Source of the DNA: Eledone cirrhosa
Taxonomy: Eukaryota
Assembly (NCBI GenBank): GCA_964016885.1
Contig: OZ024765.1
Span: 17,112,001 to 17,176,000 of the forward strand
DNA length: 64,000 nt
Direction of reading: 5' to 3'
Shown here: positions 1-12,797 of the stretch, piece by piece
How the letters are laid out: every line of letters begins with the position of its first letter
Position numbering within the stretch: position 1 is the stretch's first letter
The notes under the pieces: model-generated
The model's input: the letters and a program-made list of their open reading frames with translations, nothing else
Database searches by the model: none
What the model was told of the DNA's origin: nothing
Translations under genes and position numbers: made by a program

Positions 1-178
1 ACATATATATATATATACATACACATATATACATATACACATACACATATATACATATACACATATACATATATACATATACATATATATATATATACAT
101 ATATACATATATATATATACATATATATATATACATATATATATATACATATATATATATATACATATATATATATAC

Positions 179-225
<47 letters not shown>

Positions 226-232
226 CATATAC

Positions 233-263
<31 letters not shown>

Positions 264-2228
264 CATATATACATATACATATACATATATATACATATAT
301 ATATATATACATATATACATATACATATATACATATACATATACATATATATATATATATACATACACATATGGTGGCTGCCAACTCGTTTTCGAGTACG
401 GCCACTACTTTATATCCATGTAGGAGAACCCCTACTGATGCGCTGAACGAGTGTGACTTTTTAGTCCAGCCAGCGACTTGAAAACTTTGGTACAAACACT
501 ACACTTGTGACAATTACTGACACATAGTGCTGGGCCCATGGTACCCTGTGATGACAAGTGCAGAGAGATCTCCAGATATAAATCAATGCCTGTGCCGTGA
601 AGCTTTTATAGTGAGCAAAGGCACTGCACAAAGCCAGTCCCACTCTCTTAACCAAGATGATATTTACCAAAAAGAAGAACAAGTCAACATCATTGGATAC
701 CATCAGGGTTGCAGGTGTTATATCAGAGTTTTCCTTCTCCTAGAATTCTGCCTTGACAAAGGCTAAGGGGTCATCTCTCCCGGTGATTTTGGATGGCCAT
801 TGACTCTTAAGAGCTCCTTTGCCCTTTGACAGGTTTTGTTTTTAGTCCTGCAGGATGTCCAAAGTCACCCTCCTCACCAAGAAACCTTGGCGGGGTTGCC
901 AGTTCAGTCGCCAACGACCCGACCGTGGGACAGGTTGTACTGGGATACATGTTACCAGTAGCACCAACTGGTGACCTGACCATATATATATATACATACA
1001 CATATACATATATATATACATACACATATATATATATACATACACATATATATATATACATACACATATATATATATACATACACATATATATATATACA
1101 TACACATATATATATACATACACATATATATATATATACACATATATATATATATACACATATATATATATATACACATATATATATATATACACATATA
1201 TATATACATACACATATATATATATATACACATATATATATATATACACATATATATATATATACACATATATATATATATACACATATATATATATATA
1301 CACATATATATATACATACACATATATATATACATACACATATATATATACATACACATATATATATACATACACATATATATATACATACACATATATA
1401 TATACATACACATATATATATACATACACATATATATATACATACACATATATATATATATACACACATATATATATATACACATATATATATACATACA
1501 CATATATATATACATACACATATATATATACATACACATATATATATACATACACATATATATATACATACACATATATATATATATACACATATATATA
1601 CACATATATATATACATACACATATATATATATATACACATATATATATACATACACATATATATATATATACACATATATATATACATACACATATATA
1701 TATATATATACACATATATATATATATATACACATATACATATACATACACATATACATATATATATATACATACACATATACATACACATATACATATA
1801 TATATATACATACACATATACATATATATATATATATATACATACACATATATATACACATATACATATAGATATATACACATATACATATATATACATA
1901 CACATATACATATATATATATACATACACATATATATATACATACACATATACATATATATATATATATACATACACATATATATACACATATACATATA
2001 GATATATACACATATACATATATATATACATACACATATACATATATATATATATATATATATACATACACATGTGTGTGTGCATGTAAAAGGCAAACTA
2101 GATAATACAAACATGCATGTATATTTATACATATATACACGCACGTATACAGGTATACAGGTACACACACATATATACATGTGCGTGTGTATATATAACA
2201 TAAGTATATATATATATATATATATATG
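1..2228. repeat. (TA)n/(TACA)n/(CA)n compound microsatellite flanking the retroposon
   Basis: Direct reading; the YI/HT/CV-repeat ORFs are artefacts. Confidence 0.95.
373..981 (-). mobile_element. ~610-bp non-autonomous retroposon (RTE-5'UTR-like), longest copy
   Basis: Near-identical to 55736-56344 and to shorter copies at 55408-55623 and 59801-60201. All share the left end (atggtggctgccaactcg; atggtgcctg in the 59801 copy), differ at the right end and sit in (TA)n/(TACA)n. The minus strand carries CTAGGAGAAGGAAAACTCTGA, a motif I recall from RTE 5' UTRs (recalled, not searched). Confidence 0.65.
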
Positions 2229-2361
2229 TAGATAAATCTACCAAGAGTTTACGGTAGTGTCCAATCCGTATGAAGAACTCAACGTAATCCGGATATCATG
2301 GAAAGAAGAGATGCAATGAAAAATCACTTTCGGTGAAAGATAAACGGAATACAGAGTCAAG

Positions 2362-2448
2362 ATAAAATATTAAAAAAATAATGAATAAAACAATGAAACA
2401 GTTCCTTATATAAGGAACTGTTTCATTGTTTTATTCATTATTTTTTTA

Positions 2449-2458
<10 letters not shown>
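2362..2458. repeat. Near-perfect ~97-bp palindrome (fold-back of the tail of the 59331 HHR family)
   Basis: ataaaatatt...aaacagttccttata|taaggaactgtttc...aatattttat. The arm resembles 59481-59520 and 12800-12845. Confidence 0.8.
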
Positions 2459-2479
<21 letters not shown>

Positions 2480-2684
2480 CACAGGAGAAGATAAATTTAC
2501 GAGTCATGAACTGGTGTTTATTTACGAAATTATTTCCCCCCACGACCCTACAAATGTTTGGCCATATTTGGCCTATGTTAGAACATATTATTATTGTTGA
2601 AAATCATGTTATAAATTATTCCGTCAGAAAGAGTATAGCGCTGGGAAAATATATGAGAGAAAATACCTTGCGGTACTGACTTAC

Positions 2685-2744
2685 CTGCGTCCCTTTATAT
2701 TCCAACGTCAACTCCTTGAATGTTGATGTATGCTTTCATCTCAC
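2685..2744 (-). other. Possible 60-nt spliced exon (non-coding/UTR)
   Basis: Minus strand ...ttattgataacAG|GTGAGATG...GGGACGCAG|GTAAGTCAG in unique sequence; stops in all three frames. Confidence 0.3.
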
Positions 2745-2829
2745 CTGTTATCAATAATGTAAAACAAGACACCGGTTAAGAAGTTGGAAGGCGAATCGAT
2801 TAAATTAAATCAAGAGTAATACTCCTTTA

Positions 2830-3450
2830 GTGTAAGGCTTTGTGGTTAAGGTGTTGGATTTACGATCATAATGCCGTGGGTTCGATTCCTAGGCTGGGTT
2901 GTGTGACGTGTTTCGAACAAAACTCTTCATTTCATGTCACTCAAGTTTGTTAAGGTGTGGGTCTTACGATCATAACGATTCCTGGACTGGGTTGTGTGTT
3001 GTGTGCTTGAGCAAAACAAACCATTTCACGTTGCTCCAGTATACTCAACTGAAAACGAGTACCAGCAATAGCTGGTGGTTTAACCCTGCGAGGGACTGCC
3101 GTCCTGTCCAGGGGAACGCCTGTACTCTCAGTCACTTAACACCACCGAACGCGGGTTAAGAACCAGGCGGATGAGACTCCGGGCTCGAGACAGACTTTGA
3201 CACTCTAATGGACTGGCGTCCTGTCCAGAGGGATGGTTTTGAAGTCTTGTACTCTCAGTTGCTTCACGCTATTAAGTCCAGGATTAGCATCAACCTGTTG
3301 AGCTTCCGGGCTCGAGAGAGACATTAAAACTGCGATGACTAGCGTCCTGTCCAGGGCGAAGTCTTGTACTCTCAGTCACTTCTTGCTATTTAAACCGGGA
3401 TAAGCCCCAGCTTGTTGAGCTTCCGGGCTCGAGAGAGACCGTAGACGTTT
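2830..3450 (+). mobile_element. tRNA-derived SINE (family 2) with duplicated head and tail segments
   Basis: gtggttaaggtg...ggttcgattcc (A/B-box-like), followed by cttgagcaaaaca...catttcacgttgctccagt...gagtacc. Reverse copies at 8720-8935 and 13803-14065. Confidence 0.7.
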
Positions 3451-3560
3451 GTTTAGGCAATTCACCTTCAACTCATAAATATGTGGCCTTGTCTTGTGCT
3501 ACAGTTGTTTTAAAATAATATTAATATTGTTGATGTTAGTACAATTATTTATGTTACTCT

Positions 3561-4680
3561 AGGGCGGTTGACTGATAGAATCGGTAGAGCGGCGGACTAA
3601 ATTCTTCGCAGATATTTAGTTACGACTCTCTAAGTTACGAGTTCAAATCCCGCCGAGGTCAACTTTTCCTTTCATGACGGTGGATTGACAGAATTAGTGG
3701 AGCGTCGGAACAGCATGCTTTACAGCACAGAGTTTCGGCGCTTTACGTTCTGAGTTGACAGTCCGCCGAGGCTAGCTTTGCCTTTCATCCTTTCGGGATC
3801 GATAAAATAAAGTACCAGTAACGTACTGGGGTCGATATATTCGACTTGTCCCCCTCTACAAAAAAAATTGTTGGGGTGAACTGGCAGTGTTGGTAGCGCG
3901 TCGGACATAATTCTTTAAGACTTTCTACTTTCTAAGTTCAAATCCCATCGAGGTCAACTTTCCCTTTCATCCTTACAGGGGTCGATAAATAAAGTACCAG
4001 TAACGCACTGGGGTCGATTAAATCAACTTTTCCCCTTCCCCAAATTGTTGGTCTTGTGCCTAAATCAGAAACTGTTATTTATATTGCTTTCATGACAAAT
4101 AAAGAAATATGTATTATCGTTGTTGTTGTTGTTGTTGTTGTTGATGTCATTTCAATGTTATTTTTTATTCAATGGCGGTGGACTGGCAGTATCAGTAGAG
4201 GGTCTGACGCCATGCTTTGCAGCATAGGAGTTATGGCCCTTAACGTTCTGAGTTCAAATCCCGCTGAGGTTAACTTTGCCTTTCATCCTTATGGGGTCGA
4301 TAAAATAAAGTACCAGTAATACACTGGGATAATTGCTGGCCTTGTGCCAAAAGTAGGAACAGTTATTACGGGGTTGATAAATTAAAGTACCAGTAATACA
4401 CTGGTGTTAATTGCTGGCCTTGTGCCAAAAGTAGAAACAGTTATTTCGGGGTTGATAAATTAAAGTACCAGTAATACACTGGTGTTAATTGCTGGCCTTG
4501 TGCCAAAAGTAGGAACAGTTATTACGGGGTTGATAAATTAAAGTACCAGTAATACACTGGTGTTAATTGCTGGCCTTGTGCCAAAAGTAGAAAGAGTTAT
4601 TACGGGGTTGATAAATTAAAGTACCAGTAATACACTGGTGTTAATTGCTGGCCTTGCGCCAAAAGTAGAAACAGTTATTT
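3561..4680 (+). mobile_element. Cluster of 4 tRNA-derived SINEs (family 1); the last has a ~78-bp tail amplified ~5x
   Basis: Repeated ggcgg..gactg..aga...gagttcaaatcccgccgaggt.aactttgcctttcatcct..cggggtcgataaaataaagtaccag with B-box GTTCAAATCC. Confidence 0.85.
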
Positions 4681-4893
4681 TTTATTCAATCTGAACCAAA
4701 CAAGCAAGTCAACTCCGATCAATGTTTAAGTCTCTCATAGGCTTACTCACTTGATAATGGGTTTTTAAACTCGAAAATACTTGAGATAATTGAAGTGGCT
4801 AAGGTAAGATTCTTTCGTTATCTTAGCGATTGAATTTTCTTTCCCGCCCATTGTTTGGTTTTCAAAATTATTTAAATGTGTTTTCTATTCAAC

Positions 4894-5140
4894 AATGCTT
4901 CAAGCAGGGCTGGGCAAATGGTTAACAAGTTCACTCCACAAATATAAGGTCCCAGGTTCGATTCAATTGTGTGAGAATGCTTCAAGCAGGGCTGGGCAAA
5001 TGGTTAACAAGTTCACTCCACAAATATAAGGTCCCAGGTTCGATTCAATTGTGTGAGAATGCTTCAAGCAGGGCTGGGCAAATGGTTAACAAGTTCACTC
5101 CACAAATACGAGGTCCCAGGTTCGATTCAATTGTGTGAGA
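4894..5140 (+). repeat. 82-bp tandem repeat x3 (SINE-head derived)
   Basis: aatgcttcaagcagggctggg recurs at 4894, 4976 and 5058; contains ggttcgattc. Confidence 0.85.
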
Positions 5141-5319
5141 TTTTGATTAAATGTCATTTACCACAGTTTCTGGTCGACGTCGACCTATGTCTTCTCACGT
5201 GAATAATGAGTAAAAGTTATCTAGTTACGTTACGAGTTCAAATCCCACCGAGGTCAGCTGTGCCTTTTATGGCGGTAGATTGACAAAATTAGTGGAATGT
5301 CGGACAACATGCTTTACAG

Positions 5320-6605
5320 CAGGGGGCGTGCTACAGGCAACCCGCGGATCACAATCCGGCCTGCCAGACCTGTCAGAGTGGCCCGCGATGACCGTTTTTA
5401 ATTTCTATCTTGTAGGCTTATTTTATAATTTTTTTCGTAACCGTAATACAATTTTCTGTTAGTTGACCTATACTAAAGGGCTTTACTGATAGGGTTATGT
5501 GTGTTATAATTTCCCAGTCCCATGTTATGAAAAGAAGTTGTGGTGAATCTTTGGAATAGTGCTTAATAAATATTGCTGGCCCTAATAGTTGTTCTGATAG
5601 GGTTATGTGTGTTATAATTTCCCAGTTCCATGTTATGGAAAGAAGTTGTGGTGAATCTTGGGAATAGTGCTTAATAAATATTGCTGGCCCTAATAGTTGT
5701 TCTGATAGGGTTGTGTGTGTTATAATTTCCCCAGTTCCATGTTATGGAACGAAGTTGTGGTGAATCTTTGGATTAGTGTTTAATAAATATTAATGGCCCT
5801 AATAGTTGTTCTGATAGGGTTGTGTGTGTTATAATTTCCCCAGTTCCATGTTATGGAAAGAAGTTGTGGTGAATCTTTGGAATAGTGTTTAATAAATATT
5901 AATGGCCCTAATAGTTGTTCTGATAGGGTTGTGTGTGTTATAATTTCCCCAGTTCCATGTTATGGAAAGAAGTTGTGGTGAATGTTTGGAATAGTGCTTA
6001 ATAAATATTAATGGCTCTAATAGTTGTTCTGATAGGGTTATGTGTGTTATAATTTCCCAGTCCCATGTTATGGAAAGAAGTTGTGGTGACTCTTTGGAAT
6101 AGTGTTTAATAAATATTAATGGCCCTAATAGGGTTATGTGTGTTATAATTTCCCAGTTGACCACATACTAAAGGGCTTCACTGATAGGGTTGTGTCTGTT
6201 ATAATTTCCCAGTTCCATGTTATGGAAAGAAGTTGTGGTGACTCTTTGGAATAGTGTTTAATAAATATTAATGGCCCTAATAGTTGTTCTGATAGGGTTA
6301 TGTGTGTTATAATTTCCCCAGTTCCATGTTATGAAAAGAAGTTGTGGTGAATCTTTGGAATAGTGCTTAATAAATATGAATTGTTTCTATTTTAGGCACA
6401 AGGACAGCAATTACTCAGTGCATTACTGGTACTTTATTTGATCGACCCCTTAGTGCTTAATAAATATTAATGGCCCTAATAGTTGTTCTGATAGGGTTAT
6501 GTGTGTTATAATTTTCCCAGTTCCATGTTAATAAATATTAATGGCCCTAATAGTTGTTCCAATATTCAAAAGTGCCCCGCCAATGGAATATGTTGTACAT
6601 CCCTG
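5320..6605. mobile_element. Non-autonomous hAT (Charlie-like) DNA transposon nested in a SINE
   Basis: Starts CAGGGG and ends CCCTG. 8-bp TSD CTTTACAG at 5312-5319 and 6606-6613. Subterminal ggcccgcg/ccggcc motifs. The SINE sequence resumes exactly after the TSD. Confidence 0.8.
5486..6560. repeat. ~108-bp minisatellite inside the hAT element
   Basis: ctgatagggtt.tgtgtgttataatttccc recurs at about 5486, 5594, 5702, 5811, 5920 and onward. Confidence 0.9.
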
Positions 6606-7201
6606 CTTTACAGCATAGAGTTACGGCCCTTTATGTTGATTTCAAACCCTGTTGAGGTTAGCTTCGCCTTTCCTCCTTTCGGTATCGATAAGATACAGTA
6701 CCAGTAACGTACTGGGGTGGAGATAGTTGAATGTCATTTACCAGTTTCTGGTCGATCCATGTCCTCTCACGTAAGTGATGAGTGAAATTTGGTAGACGTA
6801 AACTATTTGGAAGCCCGTCGAATTAGATCGTTTCTTATTTCAAACATGCACTCCTGTCATATACTGTGTTACACTGAATCTCCCTGAGGATTACATTAAG
6901 TGTACACGTGTTAGTGGAATGTTTGGACACCTATATTATAATAAAAGATGAACTGTACTTGAAATTTAAAAGTCCACTATTGTCACATAGTGATTCACTG
7001 AATCTCCCTGAGAATTACATTAAGCATACACGTGTCTGAGGAATGGAACACACAGCCACTTGCACATTAATTTCAAGAGTAGGCCGGAACATCGAAGGAC
7101 CAACTGCAACACTCAGCATCGAAACTGACGGAAGTCCAATAAATATAGTTAGAAACTCGAACGTTGAATACATCTACGTGTAAAAATATGTTTTAAGGTC
7201 C

Positions 7202-7740
7202 TTCACCGTGTTAAAATAGGAGCTAGTGATGTGGGTTCTTTGGGGCTCTTTTTGTAGAAATATTTTCAGCAGGTTACCATTAACTGGTCCCTAAACATTT
7301 AATCATTCACCCTGTTAAAATAGGAGCTAGTGATATGGGTTCTTTGGGATCCTTTTTGAAGAAATATATTTCGGCAGGTTGCCATAACTGGTCCCTAAAC
7401 ATTTAGTCATTCACCGTGTTAAAGCAGGAGCTAGTGATATGGGTTCTTTGGGACCCTTTTTGAAGAAATATATTTCGGCAGGTTGCCATAACTGGTCCCT
7501 AAACATTTAGTCATTCACCGTGTTAAAGCAGGAGCTAGTGATATTGGTTCTTTGGGGCCCTTTTTGAAGAAATATTTTCGGCAGGTTGCCATAACTGGTC
7601 CCTAAACATTTAGTCATTCACCGTGTTAAAATAAGAGCTAGTGATGTGGGTTCTTTGGTGCCCTTTCTGAAGAAATATTTTCAGCAGGTTGCCATAACTG
7701 GCCCCTATATATTTAGTCATTCTCCCTGCTAAAACAAGGG
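7202..7740. repeat. ~104-bp minisatellite x5
   Basis: ttcaccgtgttaaa..aggagctagtgat...ccataactggtccctaaacatttagtca repeated. Confidence 0.9.
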
Positions 7741-7970
7741 ATAAGTAAGCAGGTCCCACATGATCCTTTTTGCAGCCTGTTGCCTCATACAACAAGCAGG
7801 GATACATTATTTCGAGACATAACTTGCTACATACTTTATGGATATTTTCTACAGACAGAAATGATACTTGTGTTTTTCTGAATTTCGGCTGGTTTAGAAA
7901 AGTTCTGTTGCGATTGTGTGGATTGAATAACAACACCGAGACACTGTCTAAATCGACAAAGTTCGACACG

Positions 7971-8490
7971 ACCGGTGTTTATTCCGGGTTCCGTGGCATG
8001 AGAGGACTGAGCGTACAAGACTCCCACATGATAGTTTATCCGACATTCTACCAATATCCACCACTCAACTGTTCTGTTCGTGGGTAGTCTTGAACGCTCA
8101 GTTCTCTCATGCCACGGGACCCGGGATAAACACCCGTCCGAATCTACAAGGTTCGTCAGACCGGTGTTTATCCCGGGTTCCGTGGCATGAGAGGACTGAG
8201 CGCACAAGACTCCCCCATGATAGATTATCCGACATTCTACCAATATCCACCACTCAACTGTTCTGTTCGTGGGTAGTCTTGAACGCTCAGTTCTCTCATA
8301 CCACGGGACCCGGGATAAACACCGGTCTGAATCCACAAGGTTCGACACGACCGGTGTTTATCCCATGGTTCCGTGGCATGAGAGAACTGGGCGTACAAGA
8401 CTCCCCCATGAACAGAACAGTTGAGTGGTGGATATTGGTAGAATGACGGATAAACTGTCATGGGGGAGTCTTGTACGCTCAGTCCCTCAC
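7971..8490. repeat. Three tandem ~190-bp MITE-like hairpin units; core inverted in the third
   Basis: Arms ccggtgtttatcccgggttccgtggcatgagag.actgagcg.acaagact and their reverse complement flank a ~50-bp core. The core reads in reverse at 8410-8460. Confidence 0.75.
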
Positions 8491-8719
8491 TAAGATTAAC
8501 TTTGACTTTCATCCTTCTAGGTGGGGTCGATAAAATATAGTACCAGTCATGTCTCTAACACCCGTGGACATGGTCACAAAATCAGAAAACAGCGCAGCTT
8601 CCATGACGATGCTGACAATGATAATGATGATGATGATGGACACACACACAGACACACACGCACGCACGCACACACACACATATATATATATATATGTATG
8701 TATATATAAATATCTAAGT

Positions 8720-8935
8720 CTAAAGTCTGTCTTAAGCCAGAAGGCTCATTTTGGCGGTGCTTACCCAGGTTTCATGGCGTGAAGCAACTGAGAGTACAAG
8801 AATCCCCCTGGAGATTACGCCAGTCCCTCGAGGACTAAATCCCTATGTATTATCCTTGGTACTCATTTTCAGATGAGTATACTGGAGCAACGTGAAAAAT
8901 GGTGTCTCAAAAGGGACCCCATGATGAAGATTAAA
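8720..8935 (-). mobile_element. tRNA-derived SINE family 2 (reverse)
   Basis: Similar to 13803-14000 (gccagaaggctcatt...ggtactcattttcag.tgagta.actggagcaacgtgaaa). Confidence 0.7.
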
Positions 8936-9178
8936 ACTGTTATGGGGCACAACCACCATCACCATCCCCACAATCATCATTACTACCACCACCTTCACCA
9001 GCACCATCATCATCGCTATCAACATCACAACCACGAATAGGAAATAAAAAAAATATAAACACAAAAAGTAAAATGGTTGACTTTCTCACCCCCACACTCA
9101 CACCTTTCAATTTCAGAAGAAAAAAATTCTCTACAACTCCTGGAATAAATATATATATATATATATATAAATGTAGGA

Positions 9179-9222
<44 letters not shown>

Positions 9223-9447
9223 GAGCGATACACACACAACCATATATAAATGGTAAATTTAAAGATAGCTTAATATTAGCTGACATATTTTAATTTAAAA
9301 ACGGTAAGCGTGAATTTAATTCCAAAAGCTTTCAGACTGTGAGTGTAGATACATATGTATCCAAACACACACACACACACATCAGGCGTTAAGCTAATAT
9401 ATATACCTTCCACATACTGTACCGATTGTGTTGTTATTTCTGTTTAC

Positions 9448-9492
<45 letters not shown>

Positions 9493-9516
9493 GTATGTAT
9501 ATATATATATATATAT

Positions 9517-10241
9517 CTAGGGTGGGTAAAATTCCCGAGATCCACGTACGAGTTCTCTACAGCGGTCTCTGTCCCTCATTATCGCAGCCATGTCCCGCGT
9601 CTCCAACAGACCAGTGTCTGTCCTTAGGGCATCAATATACGTTAACCTTGGTCTTCTCCTTCCATTGTGTCCATGTAGGGGCTCCCACAGGAGCACTGAG
9701 TGCAATGTCAACTCTGGATGTCGGTGAGCATGACCAGCTAATTTCAGTCTCCTCTGTGTCACTTTTGAGCTGACTTTTGGGATGCTCCCATACAGCTCTG
9801 AGTTTTTCATCCTCAGTGTATACTGATTAATGTTCAGAGCCATCCTCAGCATTCTCGTGCAGCACCCATCCACCATCTGAGTGAGTTTCATGGTCAGTGT
9901 CCAAGTCTCAGACCCGTACAGCAGCACAGACCCCACTACAGCAATGAAGAGGCGGATTTTCAGGCCTTTACGAAGGTCCGACTTCCACACCGATCTCAAG
10001 CTGTGGTACGCCGCCCAGGCTTTGCTCTTCCTCTCAACCACATCATCTTCCGTATTCCCAATCTTTGCTCCCAAATACAGGAAGTCCTGAACCAATTCTA
10101 GCGGCTTCCCGCCTACATTAGTGATCCCCTCTGGCTTCTCAACATTCTCTACCAGATATTTTGTTTAGTCTCATTCATTCTCAGCCCCACACTCATCGAC
10201 ACAGTCTCAACCTTCTGCATCAAATCCTCTGCCTCATTCAC
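9517..10241 (-). pseudogene. 5'-truncated RTE-clade LINE (RT thumb/C-terminus)
   Basis: GLRMNETK...(frameshift)...VQDFLYLG...SVLLYGSETWTLT...[34 protein letters not shown] are typical RTE C-terminal motifs. The stop codon runs directly into (TA)n, and both flanks are (TA)n. Confidence 0.85.
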
Positions 10242-10273
10242 TATATATACTTTATATATACGTGTATATATAT

Positions 10274-10314
<41 letters not shown>

Positions 10315-10489
10315 GTAATAATAATAAATTTGAAGACTAAAATCCAAAGAGCGCTCGAAAAGGATAAATATATATCAAATATATAAGAACCGTAGAGCAA
10401 ATATTTCAGAAGATCCCGTTAAGGGGGAAAGCAGCGATTCTTTGCTTAAACTTTAATCTGTTATTTTAATAAATATATATATAATATAC

Positions 10490-10521
<32 letters not shown>

Positions 10522-11297
10522 GTATATACTATAAATTATGTCCATAGAATCATTTAATGAGATATATACTCCATTTCCTCTCCCAATTAGCATAATCAAT
10601 CACACAAAAAACCAATTAAACCTGGCCATAAGATTAAAAGGCACCTTTGAAGAAATAATAGATAAATAAACGACAGCCATCTATTCGTGATCAACAGCCA
10701 TAGAATATTTACCCAGCATTTCAATAGCACGTGGAAATAGATTAAATATATCGTCAACCATACACAATTAGGTATAAAGTTAAAGTTAGAAGAAAAATGC
10801 ATATACTCATAGCATACACATACCATACACATATAGATACATGTGTGTGTGTGTGTGTGTGCGTGTGTGTGTGTGCGTGTGTGTGTGTGCGTGTGTGTGT
10901 GCAGGGTTGGAGTTAGATCTGGAGGATAGGGGAGTACTTCAGTTGCCCCAATTTTTACATACCAAAATTAGCTTGAGGTAAGTAATTGGAATTGAAAAGT
11001 TATACATAAATGTATTAAATTTAAAAATTCTAACCATACTAAAACTAAAAAGCCTTGTTAAGGGCACAGATGAATTGTTATGGCTGTCGCTGGTGGGGTC
11101 CCCACTGAAGGGGACCCGGCGAAATTGGTGCCTTTGCCCTCATTAAATCCGATAATATGTGTGTGTGTGTGTCTATGTTGGTGTGTCTGTGTATAACAGG
11201 CATAGAGAATGTATGTGTGTCTATCGGGTGTGTGTGTTTGTATATCGGTGTATGTATGTGTAATAGACATAGTGAATGTGTGTGTGTGTGTGTATAT

Positions 11298-11822
11298 TTT
11301 TCTCTCCCTCCCTCCATCTCTCAAACTCTCTCCCTCCCACCACCTCTCAAACTCTCTTCTCGCCATGCCTCCATTTCTCAAACTCTCTCTCTCTCTCCAT
11401 CCCTCCATTTCTCAAACTCTCTCTCCATCCCACTACCTGTCAAACTCTCTCTCTCTCCATCCCACCACCTCCCAAACTCTCTCTCTCTCTCTCCATCCCT
11501 CCATATCTCAAACTCTCTCTCCATCCCACCACCTCTCAAACTCTCTCTCTCTCCATCCCTCCACCTCTCAAACTCTCTCTCTCTTCATCCCTCCACCGCT
11601 CTCCCTCCCACCACCTCTCAAACTCTCTCTCTCCATCCACCACCTCTCAAACTCTCTCTCTCCGTCCCTCCACCTCTCAAACTCTCTCTCTCTCTCTCCA
11701 TCCCTCCATTTCTCAAACTCTGTCTCCATCCCACCACCTCTCAAACTCTCTATCTCTCTCCATCCCTCCACCTCTCCCTCCCACCACCTCTCAAACTCTC
11801 TCTTTCTTTCATTTCTCTCTCC
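11298..11822. repeat. CT-rich minisatellite (ccatcccaccacctctcaaactctctct variants)
   Basis: Direct reading. Confidence 0.9.
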
Positions 11823-12262
11823 ATATTTCAGAGTGCACGAATTTCTCCGGCCGTTACTGCAGGAGGCCCCGGGCAATTGCTCCCTTTGCTCCCCATTAAA
11901 CCCGGCCCCACCCACATGTCCATATAGTGTCTCCTTACACGGAGAAAACTTCAATAATTTACGTAAATACACTTGTAACCCTAATGGACGTCCCTACTTC
12001 TGGCAGAGTTTCATATATAAACACGAAAACCAAATAAACACACACGTGTGTGTAGGGGTGGTATCTGGTATGTAGGGGTGGGGAGTATCTGGTGTGGGTG
12101 GTATCTGTGTGTATGTGCGCATGCGCTTATTTGTTTCTCTATGTGGAGGTTTGTTGGTATGTGTGTGTGCGCGCGGGCATGTGTGCGTACGTGTATGTAG
12201 TGTGCGTATGCATTTACTTTCTGTATAATTCTTCCCACCAGTCTAAGAGACATTGAAAAAGA

Positions 12263-12300
<38 letters not shown>

Positions 12301-12349
12301 ACATACACACACATAAATGTAATCTGAATTTTTCGAATATTAGTAATAA

Positions 12350-12521
12350 ATGTTTCTACTTTTGGCAAAAAGGCCAGCAATTACCCCAGTGCATTACTGG
12401 TACTTTATTTTATCGACCCTCGTAAGGATGAAAGGCAAAGTTAACCTCTGCAGGATTTGAACTCAGAATGGCAAGGGCCGTAACTCTATGCGTCAAAGCA
12501 TGGCGTCCGACCCTCTACCGA
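12350..12521 (-). mobile_element. SINE family 1 (reverse) inserted in one arm of a long inverted repeat
   Basis: ggatttgaactc and tactggtactttattttatcgaccc. Outer IR arm ttttcgaatattagtaataa (12329-12349) pairs with 12696-12715. Confidence 0.75.
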
Positions 12522-12681
12522 TGCAATTATGCAAACAGCCTCTTTAAAGCCATGTTAGTAGACTGAACCCTTCATTCTTGCTCTTGTACTGGCTTGTAAA
12601 CAGTTTACAAGCCAACACAAGAGCAATAATGATGGAGTCATTCTCCTAACATGGCTTTAAAGAGGCTGTTTGCATAATTGC
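12522..12681. repeat. ~160-bp imperfect hairpin
   Basis: tgcaattatgcaaacagcctctttaaagccatgttag...tggcttgtaaac-a-gtttacaagcca...ctaacatggctttaaagaggctgtttgcataattgca. Confidence 0.85.
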
Positions 12682-12757
12682 AAAGGAATCGAATATTATT
12701 ACTAATATTCGAAAACTTATTTATTGTATTCAGCCATGTAGAGCAATAAACCATTTG

Positions 12758-12797
<40 letters not shown>

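Noticed and set aside
830-981. HDV-like or twister ribozyme at the retroposon 5' end
   Set aside because: Partial resemblance (CCUG-UCCC..CGGG, GAGGAGGG), but there is no UAA/P1 arrangement or HDV L3/P1.1, and the second copy breaks the putative pseudoknot.
807-2201. Long YI/CV/HT-repeat ORFs here and throughout the window
   Set aside because: They are translations of stop-free dinucleotide microsatellites.
3561-4368. tRNA genes suggested by GTTCAAATCC B-boxes
   Set aside because: No cloverleaf; these are SINE heads followed by SINE body.
8545-8610. SNTRGHGHKIRKQ peptide resembling a CR1 3' end
   Set aside because: Too short to call with confidence.
10395-10447. HHR-like CAGAAGA-UCCC(guuaa)GGGG-GAAA with AGCAAA/UUUGCU
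   Set aside because: The core is mutated and stem III and the cleavage triplet are not convincing; at best a decayed relic.
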